Source of the DNA: an uncultured Bacteroides sp. | GTDB lineage: Bacteria; Bacteroidota; Bacteroidia; Bacteroidales; UBA11471 | Assembly: GCA_963931635.1 (NCBI GenBank) | Contig: OZ007034.1 | Location: 2,437,883 to 2,501,882 of the forward strand | DNA: 64,000 bases | Direction: 5' to 3' | Shown: positions 38,822 through 46,869 of the stretch, one piece after another | Layout: every line of letters begins with the position of its first letter | Position numbering within the stretch: position 1 is the first letter of the stretch | Notes under the pieces: model-generated | Seen by the model: the letters and a program-made list of their open reading frames with translations, nothing else | What the model was told of the DNA's origin: nothing | The model's database searches: none | Translations under genes and position numbers: made by a program

Positions 38822-39910
38822 ATGAAAACAAAAGTTCTCCATATTGTTACCCATTTTGATTTGGGAGGGGCTGAACGTATTGCAATAAATATTGCAAAAT
38901 CGCCTTCAACAGACTATGAATATCATGTGGTTGAGGTAGTAAGAGGTTCTTCCGATTACAGTGCTTTTATATTGCAAGAACTCCAAGCGCATCATATCAA
39001 ATATCATCGCGCCCCAATCAGAGGGAATAAATTAAGTATTATACTGTTTCCGATATGGTTCTTATTTATCTATTTGAAATATTCTCCACAAATAATTCAT
39101 ACCCATACTGAGGTACCTGATTTATCGGTGTATCTGTTTCATTTTTTACAAAAGCTCACTTTTCGTAGAGTGAGATATGTACGCACTATTCACAATACCG
39201 TGTTGTGGACGAAATGGAACAGAATAGGAAATATGGTAGAACGATTTTTTATTCGGCACGATGCCAATATTGCCATATCACACGCTGTACAATACAGTTA
39301 TCAAGACAAATATAAAGTAAAGCCACCTATTGTCTTTAACGGAGTAGAAGTTGCTAAACAAAAAGACTTTCAGTATATAATTCCGCACAAGGTTAATATT
39401 CTTTTTGCCGGACGACTCGAATACCAAAAAGGAATAGATGAACTGGTCTCTGTAATCACCCATTTTGCCAATGACCCATCGTTGTTTTTTCATATCATAG
39501 GGAGCGGTTCTTTAAGACCGAAAATAGAAATTCTTACGAGATTTTCAAATGTCAGTTATTATGACAAGATTTATAACCTGTCCCAATATCTCAATTCATT
39601 TGATTATGTTTTCATGCCTTCAAATTTTGAGGGGTTAGCAACCTTATCAATAGAATCTAGTTTAAGCAGAACCCCCGTTATTATAAATAGTTGTAAAGGG
39701 TTGGATGAAACTCTTCCGCCTAATTGGCCACTGAAAGTAAATAATAATTCTGTGAGTGGATATATTCATATTTTTCAAAATCTGCCCCATAAAAAAGACT
39801 ATGAGAAATGGGTACAGATTGGATATGATTATGCGAAAACACTATTCAGTATTGAGCAAATGCAACAAAACTATGAAGGTGTATATAAATCAATGAAAAA
39901 TTTATCTTAA
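38822..39910 (+). CDS. Glycosyltransferase family 4
   Basis: VLHIVTHFDLGGAERIA N-terminus and a C-terminal MPSNFEGLATLSIESSL (EX7E-type) motif. Confidence 0.8.
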   Translation: MKTKVLHIVTHFDLGGAERIAINIAKSPSTDYEYHVVEVVRGSSDYSAFILQELQAHHIKYHRAPIRGNKLSIILFPIWFLFIYLKYSPQIIHTHTEVPDLSVYLFHFLQKLTFRRVRYVRTIHNTVLWTKWNRIGNMVERFFIRHDANIAISHAVQYSYQDKYKVKPPIVFNGVEVAKQKDFQYIIPHKVNILFAGRLEYQKGIDELVSVITHFANDPSLFFHIIGSGSLRPKIEILTRFSNVSYYDKIYNLSQYLNSFDYVFMPSNFEGLATLSIESSLSRTPVIINSCKGLDETLPPNWPLKVNNNSVSGYIHIFQNLPHKKDYEKWVQIGYDYAKTLFSIEQMQQNYEGVYKSMKNLS

Positions 39911-39920
39911 AAATAGCTTT

Positions 39921-40586
39921 ATGCGAATATCAGAAATAATAAACATTCTTATTTCTATACCAAAAACAATTCTATTGAATTTTAGACACTTGCCTTTTCC
40001 ACAAGCTATAAAATTACCGATATGGATAGCATACAATTGTAAAATATCGATTAAGGGAAAAATTATATTAAAGCGAACTCCTTCTCTTGCAATGATACGT
40101 ATAGGGTACCATAAAGTTGCAATTATGGAACCAAACGAAAAAACCGTAATTAAAGTGGGAAAAACGGGTACTCTTATTTTTGAAGGTTCTGCTCATATTG
40201 GTAAAGGTTCTAAAATCTATGTTTCTAATAATGCAAAGTTGAAATTGGGCGATAATTTTGCCATATCAGCCTCTACACAGATTTTTTGTCAGAAATCTAT
40301 CTCATTCGGACGGGACATACAGTTTAGTTGGGACTGTTTGGTAATGGATTCAGACTCTCATCGAATATATGTTGATGGAACACAAATAAACGCTGATAAA
40401 GGAGTCTCTTTTGGAAATAAGATTTGGATTGGCTGTAGATGTACAATTTTAAAAGGGTCTGTTATTCCTGACGGTTGTGTAATAGCTGCGACAAGTTGCA
40501 CAACAGGAAAGAATTACGAGCCTAATACAATTATTGCCGGAATACCGGCTAAGAGTATCAAAAAAATTTCATCATGGGAAATATGA
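39921..40586 (+). CDS. LbH (hexapeptide-repeat) acyltransferase, type A paralogue
   Basis: The N-terminal NFRHLPFPQAIKLP motif is shared with 32446..33207. Hexapeptide repeats (IWIGCRCTILKGSVIPDGCVIAA). Confidence 0.8.
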   Translation: MRISEIINILISIPKTILLNFRHLPFPQAIKLPIWIAYNCKISIKGKIILKRTPSLAMIRIGYHKVAIMEPNEKTVIKVGKTGTLIFEGSAHIGKGSKIYVSNNAKLKLGDNFAISASTQIFCQKSISFGRDIQFSWDCLVMDSDSHRIYVDGTQINADKGVSFGNKIWIGCRCTILKGSVIPDGCVIAATSCTTGKNYEPNTIIAGIPAKSIKKISSWEI

Positions 40587-41701
40587 AACAGAATTTACCA
40601 CGGATTCTTTTTATTATGCATATGCCGCCGCCGGTGCATGGTGCTGCCATGATGGGGAAATATATTCATGATAGCCGATTGGTGAATGAGGCGTTCGATT
40701 GCCGGTATATCAACCTAGCTACGGCGGCCAATCTGGAAGATATAGGCAAAGTGCGATTGTCGAAACTGACCGATTTTTCGCGTCTGCTCGGGCGTATTCG
40801 TGCGGAGTATCGCTCGTTCCGTCCCGACTTGGTATATGTAACGCCCAATGCCAGCGGAGGCGCTTTCCTCAAAGACTTTGTCGTGGTGCAGATGCTTAAA
40901 TCACTGGGGGCTCGTGTCGTGGTTCACTATCACAACAAAGGGGTATCGAACTATCAACAGAAACCGCTTTTCGACTTTTGTTATAAGAGGTTTTTCAAAG
41001 GGGTGAAAGTCATCTTGTTGTCGGAGCTTCTGTATAGCGATTTTTCCCGCTATGTCGCACGAAAAGATGTAGAGATTTGCGCCAACGGCATTCCCGAACT
41101 TTTTGCAAAGGAACCTGCTTTTCTCCGGAAACATAAAAAGGTAAACATACTGTTCCTCTCCAACCTGATTGCTTCGAAAGGAGTGTATGTGCTGCTTGAT
41201 GCTTTGCAGATACTCAAAAAACAGGAATATGCCGTGTCGTGTACGTTTGTCGGCGGAGAGACGCAGGAGATTTCGGCAGCGACTTTTGCCCAGGCCGTAG
41301 CGCAACGCCACCTCGACGAGAGTGTCGTCTATGCCGGAAGCAAATATGGAGAGGCAAAGGCAGCCTGTTTTGAGGAGGCTGACATCTTTGTCTTTCCCAC
41401 GTTTTATCACAACGAATCGTTCCCGCTGGTCAATCTCGAAGCCATGCAATATAAATTACCGGTGGTTTCGACCGATGAAGGTGGTATAAGAGACATCGTC
41501 GAAGATGGCGTTACTGGATTTATCGTTCCGAAAGAAAATGCGGCAGCTTTGGCCGAAAAGATAGCTGTTCTCGTTGATGATGAAAGGCTGCGGGGGAAAA
41601 TGGGTGAAGCCGGTTACAAACGATATAAAGAGCTATTTACACTATCGATTTTTGAAACTCATTTTGTGCAAACACTCCGAAAGGTTTGCGCTCAGAAATA
41701 A
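40574..41701 (+). CDS. Glycosyltransferase family 4
   Basis: ILFIMHMPPPVHGAA N-terminus and a C-terminal FPTFYHNESFPLVNLEAMQYKLPVVSTDEGGIRDIVEDGVTGFIV. The start may be the ATG at 40583, which forms an ATGA overlap with the upstream stop. Confidence 0.88.
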   Translation: MGNMKQNLPRILFIMHMPPPVHGAAMMGKYIHDSRLVNEAFDCRYINLATAANLEDIGKVRLSKLTDFSRLLGRIRAEYRSFRPDLVYVTPNASGGAFLKDFVVVQMLKSLGARVVVHYHNKGVSNYQQKPLFDFCYKRFFKGVKVILLSELLYSDFSRYVARKDVEICANGIPELFAKEPAFLRKHKKVNILFLSNLIASKGVYVLLDALQILKKQEYAVSCTFVGGETQEISAATFAQAVAQRHLDESVVYAGSKYGEAKAACFEEADIFVFPTFYHNESFPLVNLEAMQYKLPVVSTDEGGIRDIVEDGVTGFIVPKENAAALAEKIAVLVDDERLRGKMGEAGYKRYKELFTLSIFETHFVQTLRKVCAQK

Positions 41702-41743
41702 TTCACGTTAGATTTTTATCCGCTCTAATATAATTTCCAAAAA

Positions 41744-41840
41744 ATTCAGCTGAAAACCGTTTCGCTCTTATAGAAAAAGGTGGAACTGCCGAATTTACTT
41801 GATGATAAAAATTTCTGGATTTGAATAAGCCAATATTTCC
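41744..41840 (+). pseudogene. Remnant of the 5' end of a GT26 (WecB/TagA/CpsF) gene
   Basis: It translates as QLKTVSLL*KKVELPNLLDDKNF versus intact HLKTISLLRGKAELGNLPDGKLL at 42166. The start codon is lost by a 3-nt deletion and there is an in-frame TAG. Confidence 0.75.
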
Positions 41841-41844
41841 GTTT

Positions 41845-42132
41845 ACACATTCTATCACAACGTCCGTTGGTCAATCTCGAAGCCATGCAATATAAATTGT
41901 CAGTGGTTTGACCCATGACGACAGTATAAGAGATATCGTCACAGATGGTGTTGCGGGATTTATCGTTCCCCAAAAATGCAACGGCTTTGGCGAAAAGATA
42001 GCTGTTCTCGCCGATAATGAAGCGTTACGCTTCAAGATGGGCAAGACTGGTTATGACAATCATAAAAACTTTACATTATCGATTTTTGAAACTCATTTTC
42101 TGCAAGCACTTCTTTGTGTTTTCCGTGAATAA
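41845..42132 (+). pseudogene. Remnant of the 3' end of a GT4 glycosyltransferase gene
   Basis: PLVNLEAMQYKLSVV*... IRDIVTDGVAGFIVP ... EKIAVLADNEALRFKMGKTGYDNHKNFTLSIFETHFLQ aligns with residues ~277-375 of the intact 40574..41701 product. It carries frame breaks and stops. Confidence 0.85.
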
Positions 42133-42165
42133 ATATTCGATATTTTTTACTCAATTATATATAAA

Positions 42166-42882
42166 ATGATTCATTTGAAAACTATTTCGCTTTTACGAGG
42201 AAAGGCGGAACTGGGAAATTTGCCTGATGGTAAATTATTGATTAATACTATCAATGCTCATTCGTATAATAATGCGCAAAAAGACCCGCTCTTTGCTGAG
42301 GCGTTATTGTCGGGTGGAATGTTGATACCCGACGGAGAGAGTATCGTGCTGGCTGTTCGCTGGCTGCGACATGAGCATATCGAACGGATCCCAGGTTGGG
42401 ACCTGTTTAAGTACGAGATGGATCGTCTCAATCAAAAGGGTGGAACCTGTTTCTTCTTGGGCGCTAGTGAAAAGACGCTTCAACTGATTAAGGAGAAAGC
42501 ACTGGTAGTATATCCTCATATCACTGTCGCGACCTACTCCCCACCATTCAAATCGGTATTTACTGATGAAGATAACCGAGCCATGATAGAAGCAGTAAAC
42601 CGTGTGAAACCGGATCTTCTATGGGTAGGCATGACAGCCCCCAAACAAGAAAAATGGGCGTATACTCATTATGACGAGCTCGACGTACGGGGTCATATTG
42701 GGGCTATTGGTGCGGTATTCGACTTCTTTGCCGGTACCGTAAAGCGGGCTCCTGAAGCCTGGCAGAAGCGGGGTTTGGAGTGGGCCTATCGTCTGCTGAA
42801 AGAACCCCGACGCATGTGGCGGCGCTATCTGCTGGGAAACCTGATCTTCTTCCGTTACATGATAAAAGAGAAATTCGGATAA
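42166..42882 (+). CDS. WecB/TagA/CpsF family glycosyltransferase (GT26)
   Basis: 238 aa with typical GT26 motifs (INTINAHS ... LIPDGESIV ... CFFLGASE ... LWVGMTAPKQEKW ... GAVFDFFAG). Confidence 0.9.
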   Translation: MIHLKTISLLRGKAELGNLPDGKLLINTINAHSYNNAQKDPLFAEALLSGGMLIPDGESIVLAVRWLRHEHIERIPGWDLFKYEMDRLNQKGGTCFFLGASEKTLQLIKEKALVVYPHITVATYSPPFKSVFTDEDNRAMIEAVNRVKPDLLWVGMTAPKQEKWAYTHYDELDVRGHIGAIGAVFDFFAGTVKRAPEAWQKRGLEWAYRLLKEPRRMWRRYLLGNLIFFRYMIKEKFG

Positions 42883-42951
42883 AACCCAATAAAAAAGAGC
42901 GTGATACGCAGAGATATTTTGAAAATATTCCGACATTTTTACAGATAAAAG

Positions 42952-42999
42952 AAATGCGAAAAAGGTACTGACAACCGACTTTTCGCATTTTTGTTTTTT
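42952..42999 (+). terminator. Rho-independent terminator closing the CPS operon
   Basis: 11-bp stem AAATGCGAAAA / TTTTCGCATTT (42952-42962 / 42980-42990), 17-nt loop, then TTGTTTTTT. Confidence 0.65.
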
Positions 43000-43036
43000 A
43001 ATCTGTGCTTTTGTGCTGTTTTTTCCATAATTCTAT

Positions 43037-43044
43037 TACCTTTG
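43037..43044 (+). promoter_or_regulatory. -7 promoter box (TAnnTTTG) for the aminotransferase gene
   Basis: TACCTTTG within ATTACCTTTGCC, 31 nt upstream of the ATG. Confidence 0.5.
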
Positions 43045-43074
43045 CCAATCAATATATAGAAAAAGCCCTATTAT

Positions 43075-44274
43075 ATGCCTAAAATATCCGAGCGGGGACA
43101 AATCATGCCCGCCTCACCTATTCGCAAACTTGTGCCGTTGGCCAATAAAGCCAAAAAACGGGGAATCAAAGTATATCATCTGAATATCGGTCAGCCCGAC
43201 CTGCCAACGCCCGAAGTGGGGCTTGAAGCCGCCCGTCACATCGACCGCAAGGTGTTGGAGTACAGCCCGAGTGAAGGAATCTACAGTTTTCGTGAAAAGC
43301 TGGTGGGTTATTATGCCAAGTTCAACATCAATGTCAATGTCGATGATATTATCATCACAACCGGTGGATCAGAAGCTGTGCTCTTTGCATTCATGGCCTG
43401 CCTCGACCCCGGAGATGAAATCATCGTGCCAGAACCGGCATATGCCAACTATATGGCGTTTGCCATATCGGCCGGAGCCACCATCAAAACGTTACCTTCT
43501 TCAATCGACGAAGGGTTTGCTCTCCCACCCATAGAGAAGTTTGAAGAACTGATAACTCCCCGTACCAAAGGTATATTGATATGTAACCCCAACAATCCTA
43601 CGGGTTATCTGTATACACAAAAAGAGATGAACCAGATACGCGACATTGTGAAAAAACACGATCTGTTTCTCTTTTCCGATGAAGTGTATCGCGAATTCTG
43701 TTATACGGGAGCTGCCTACATTTCGGCTTTTCATCTTTCCGGGATTGAAAATAATGTTGTACTCATAGACTCGGTTTCAAAACGATACAGCGAATGTGGC
43801 ATCCGCATCGGAGCGCTCATCACCAAAAACGAAGAGCTGAAAAAGAATGTGATGAAGTTCTGTCAGGCCCGGTTGAGCCCTCCCCTTATAGGCCAAATCA
43901 TAGCCGAAGCCTCACTCGATGCATCGGCCGAATACATGTCGGAAGTTTACAACGAATATGTTGAACGGCGCAAATTCCTGATTGACGGCATTAATCGTAT
44001 TCCCGGCTGCTACTCACCCATTCCCATGGGAGCTTTCTATACCATGGCCAAGTTGCCGGTAGATAATGCCGATGACTTCTGCGCCTGGTGTCTCGAACAT
44101 TTTGAATATGAAGGGCAGACCGTATTCATGGCGCCCGGTTCGGGATTCTATACGACACCGGGGCTTGGGTACAATGAAGTGCGACTGGCCTATGTCTTGA
44201 AGAAAGAAGACCTGGCCAAGGCCTTAATCGTGCTGCAAAAAGCCCTGGAGGCCTACCCGGGACGTACCTTATGA
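43075..44274 (+). CDS. Pyridoxal-phosphate-dependent aminotransferase (class I, aspartate aminotransferase-like)
   Basis: 399 aa with class I aminotransferase features (ASPIRKL, NIGQPDLPTP, NPNNPTG, SVSKRYSECGIRIG with the PLP-binding Lys). Confidence 0.9.
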   Translation: MPKISERGQIMPASPIRKLVPLANKAKKRGIKVYHLNIGQPDLPTPEVGLEAARHIDRKVLEYSPSEGIYSFREKLVGYYAKFNINVNVDDIIITTGGSEAVLFAFMACLDPGDEIIVPEPAYANYMAFAISAGATIKTLPSSIDEGFALPPIEKFEELITPRTKGILICNPNNPTGYLYTQKEMNQIRDIVKKHDLFLFSDEVYREFCYTGAAYISAFHLSGIENNVVLIDSVSKRYSECGIRIGALITKNEELKKNVMKFCQARLSPPLIGQIIAEASLDASAEYMSEVYNEYVERRKFLIDGINRIPGCYSPIPMGAFYTMAKLPVDNADDFCAWCLEHFEYEGQTVFMAPGSGFYTTPGLGYNEVRLAYVLKKEDLAKALIVLQKALEAYPGRTL

Positions 44275-45518
44275 AGGTAGAACTGTTTATTGCCAAACGC
44301 ATTCATACCCGGGGCGGAAAAACCGGCCCGGCACAAACTCCTCCGGCCATACGCATTGCGACATGGGGTGTCGCATTGGGTATGGCCATTATGATTCTGG
44401 CCGTTTCGATTGTCATTGGCTTCAAGCGAGAAATCAGTGAAAAGGTAATAGGTTTCGGCTCTCATATCCAAATAACGGGAGCCCCTTTTGAGAATGCCTA
44501 CGAGACATCGCCCATAGCCCTCTCTCCTGCCATCGACTCGATACTGGCTGCCCAACCGTCGATAGACAATTATGCCTTGTTTGCCATAAAACCCGGTATA
44601 CTGAAAACCGACTCCGATTTTCTGGGCATCTCCTTAAAAGGCATTACACCCGACTATCCGACCGATTTTATTGAGAGCTACTTAACCGACGGGCGCATGC
44701 CTCAACTCGACAGAGACTCTCCCAGTAACGAAATACTCCTGTCACAGTATATGGCCGACAAATTGCGTCTGAAAGTGGGTGATGCCATCTATTGCTATTT
44801 TGTCGAAGAGAGTGTACGCGCCCGCAAGTTTGTGATATCGGGTATCTACCAGACCAACCTGACTGAGTATGACCAGGTATTTGCTTTCGGCGATGCCCGC
44901 CAGGTGCAATCGCTCAACCGCTGGGCTGCCGACCAATATAGCGGCATTGAAGTACGCTTGAAGAATGTCGATGATCTCGACCGTGTAAACGAACAGCTCT
45001 ATGGCGAACTTCTGTTTAAGAAAGACAAATACCATGCATCGTATTTTTCCCATACCATACGGGAGCTTAATCCGCAACTTTTCAATTGGCTTGATTTACT
45101 CGACATGAATGTGTGGGTGATTCTTGCACTCATGTCACTAGTATCGGGCTTTACCATGATTTCGGGGCTACTTGTCATCATACTTGAACACACCCGGATG
45201 ATAGGGATATTGAAAACGCTTGGAGCACCGAATATTTCCATACGCAAAATATTCATCTATGTAGCGTTGTTTCTTGTGGGGCGCGGTATGTTATGGGGAA
45301 ATGTTATCGGCATTACATTGTGCCTGTTGCAATACTTCTTTCACATTATCAGGCTCGACCCCGAGATTTACTACATTCCGGCCGTACCCATAACACTCCA
45401 CATCGGATATCTTGTGCTGCTTAATGTTGCAGCGTTTATTGTCTCCGTTGCCATGCTGATAGGTCCCTCCTATATTATTGCACGAATAAGCCCCGTAAAA
45501 ACAGTTAAATTTGAATAA
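44271..45518 (+). CDS. ABC transporter permease, FtsX/LolE-like
   Basis: 415 aa with an N-terminal TM, a large extracytoplasmic domain and a C-terminal FtsX-type 3-TM bundle. It has an ATGA overlap with the upstream gene. Confidence 0.85.
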   Translation: MKVELFIAKRIHTRGGKTGPAQTPPAIRIATWGVALGMAIMILAVSIVIGFKREISEKVIGFGSHIQITGAPFENAYETSPIALSPAIDSILAAQPSIDNYALFAIKPGILKTDSDFLGISLKGITPDYPTDFIESYLTDGRMPQLDRDSPSNEILLSQYMADKLRLKVGDAIYCYFVEESVRARKFVISGIYQTNLTEYDQVFAFGDARQVQSLNRWAADQYSGIEVRLKNVDDLDRVNEQLYGELLFKKDKYHASYFSHTIRELNPQLFNWLDLLDMNVWVILALMSLVSGFTMISGLLVIILEHTRMIGILKTLGAPNISIRKIFIYVALFLVGRGMLWGNVIGITLCLLQYFFHIIRLDPEIYYIPAVPITLHIGYLVLLNVAAFIVSVAMLIGPSYIIARISPVKTVKFE

Positions 45519-45549
45519 CAGCAATCCTTGCCCTATTCGATTTTATTTG

Positions 45550-45557
45550 TACATTTG
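45550..45557 (+). promoter_or_regulatory. -7 promoter box (TAnnTTTG) for 45621..46232
   Basis: TACATTTG, 64 nt upstream of the ATG. Confidence 0.4.
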
Positions 45558-45620
45558 TAACTGAAAAGAAGAATTTAATTTCCTTGTGTCTCATATATTC
45601 AACATTAAATTCTTTTTGCT

Positions 45621-46232
45621 ATGGAAAAACAGACTTTACATTTCGAAGAGACTCTTGTAGACGGCATCACATATGCCGTAATGAATTTTTTCCAGTTGGT
45701 CGGTTGCTTGATTCTGTATCTTCTGACGATATGGGTTCCCTATGTGAATATAGGTACGACTATTGCCATGTCGTATTTGCCGGTAAAAATTGCCAATGAA
45801 GAAGCCATATCTCCCACTCATATCTTTAATGCCGGATACAGGAAGCACATGAGTCACTTCTTCATATTATGCGGCATCATGCTTATTTCCTTTATTCCCT
45901 CACTGTGTCTCTTTGTCGTTCCTGCCATCGTACTGTATTGGGCATGGTCGCTCTCGTTCTATTTTCTTCTGGAAAAAGGAAAAAGCCCCATCGAGGCGCT
46001 CAAAGCTTCGTACGATGCCACCGATGGCAGCAAATGGTGCATTTTCAGAATATCTATGGTAATAGGCATTACTCATTTCATTGCATATTACATTGTCAAC
46101 AAACTCATATGCATATTTATTCCATACTGGATATTCATCATCTTGAACATAATAATCGTCTTGTTTCTTGTGACCATATCATACGGACTTGCCGCTTCGA
46201 TGTGGAAGCAACTGAAAGATAATGTTGAATAA
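45621..46232 (+). CDS. Hypothetical integral membrane protein
   Basis: 203 aa with 4-5 hydrophobic segments. No family recognised. Confidence 0.6.
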   Translation: MEKQTLHFEETLVDGITYAVMNFFQLVGCLILYLLTIWVPYVNIGTTIAMSYLPVKIANEEAISPTHIFNAGYRKHMSHFFILCGIMLISFIPSLCLFVVPAIVLYWAWSLSFYFLLEKGKSPIEALKASYDATDGSKWCIFRISMVIGITHFIAYYIVNKLICIFIPYWIFIILNIIIVLFLVTISYGLAASMWKQLKDNVE

Positions 46233-46253
46233 CAAATTCTGACATAACAGATG

Positions 46254-46310
46254 CAACAGGGAAACATTCTTTCAACACACTTTTAAGAATCTGTTTCCCT
46301 GTTGTTTTTA
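46254..46310 (+). terminator. Rho-independent terminator of 45621..46232
   Basis: 13-bp stem CAACAGGGAAACA / TGTTTCCCTGTTG, extendable through ATTCTT/AAGAAT, followed by TTTTTA. Confidence 0.6.
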
Positions 46311-46325
46311 TCTCATAGTGAATAG

Positions 46326-46823
46326 ATGAAGCGCATAGGACTGTTATCGGATACTCATGCATGGTGGGACGACCGCTATGCTCTCTATTTTGAGTCGTGC
46401 GACGAAATATGGCATGCAGGTGACATAGGTTCTCTCGATGTGGCTCGTAAACTCGAAGCCATAAAACCACTGCGGGCCGTATATGGAAATATCGACGGGC
46501 AGGAGATACGAGCCATCTACCCCAAAAGCCAACGGTTCACCATTGAAGGGGCTGACGTGTGGATAACCCATATCGGTGGTTACCCGGGTAAATACGACGC
46601 ATCTGTTGTCCCGGAAATATTCAGAAATCCTCCTGCTCTCTTTGTTTCGGGACACTCCCATATACTTAAAGTAATGTATGACAAAAAATTACAGCTTTTA
46701 CATATTAATCCCGGAGCTGCCGGAAAGTATGGCTTTCACAAGCAACGTACACTGGTGCGCTTCACTGTCGACTCGGGTCGCTTCTCCAACCTAGAAGTCA
46801 TCGAACTGGCCGACAAACGCTAA
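46326..46823 (+). CDS. Metallophosphoesterase (YfcE/MJ0936 family)
   Basis: Motifs LSDTH, HAGD, GNIDG, GHSH. Confidence 0.9.
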   Translation: MKRIGLLSDTHAWWDDRYALYFESCDEIWHAGDIGSLDVARKLEAIKPLRAVYGNIDGQEIRAIYPKSQRFTIEGADVWITHIGGYPGKYDASVVPEIFRNPPALFVSGHSHILKVMYDKKLQLLHINPGAAGKYGFHKQRTLVRFTVDSGRFSNLEVIELADKR

Positions 46824-46869
46824 ATTCAGAATATATCAAAAACAAATCACCCACTAATAATTATTATCT

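Noticed and set aside
41908-42132. 74-aa ORF (and the antisense 41746..41973 ORF) as real small genes.
   Set aside because: The sequence is a diverged, frame-broken copy of the 3' end of the adjacent GT4 gene. I treat it as a pseudogene remnant.
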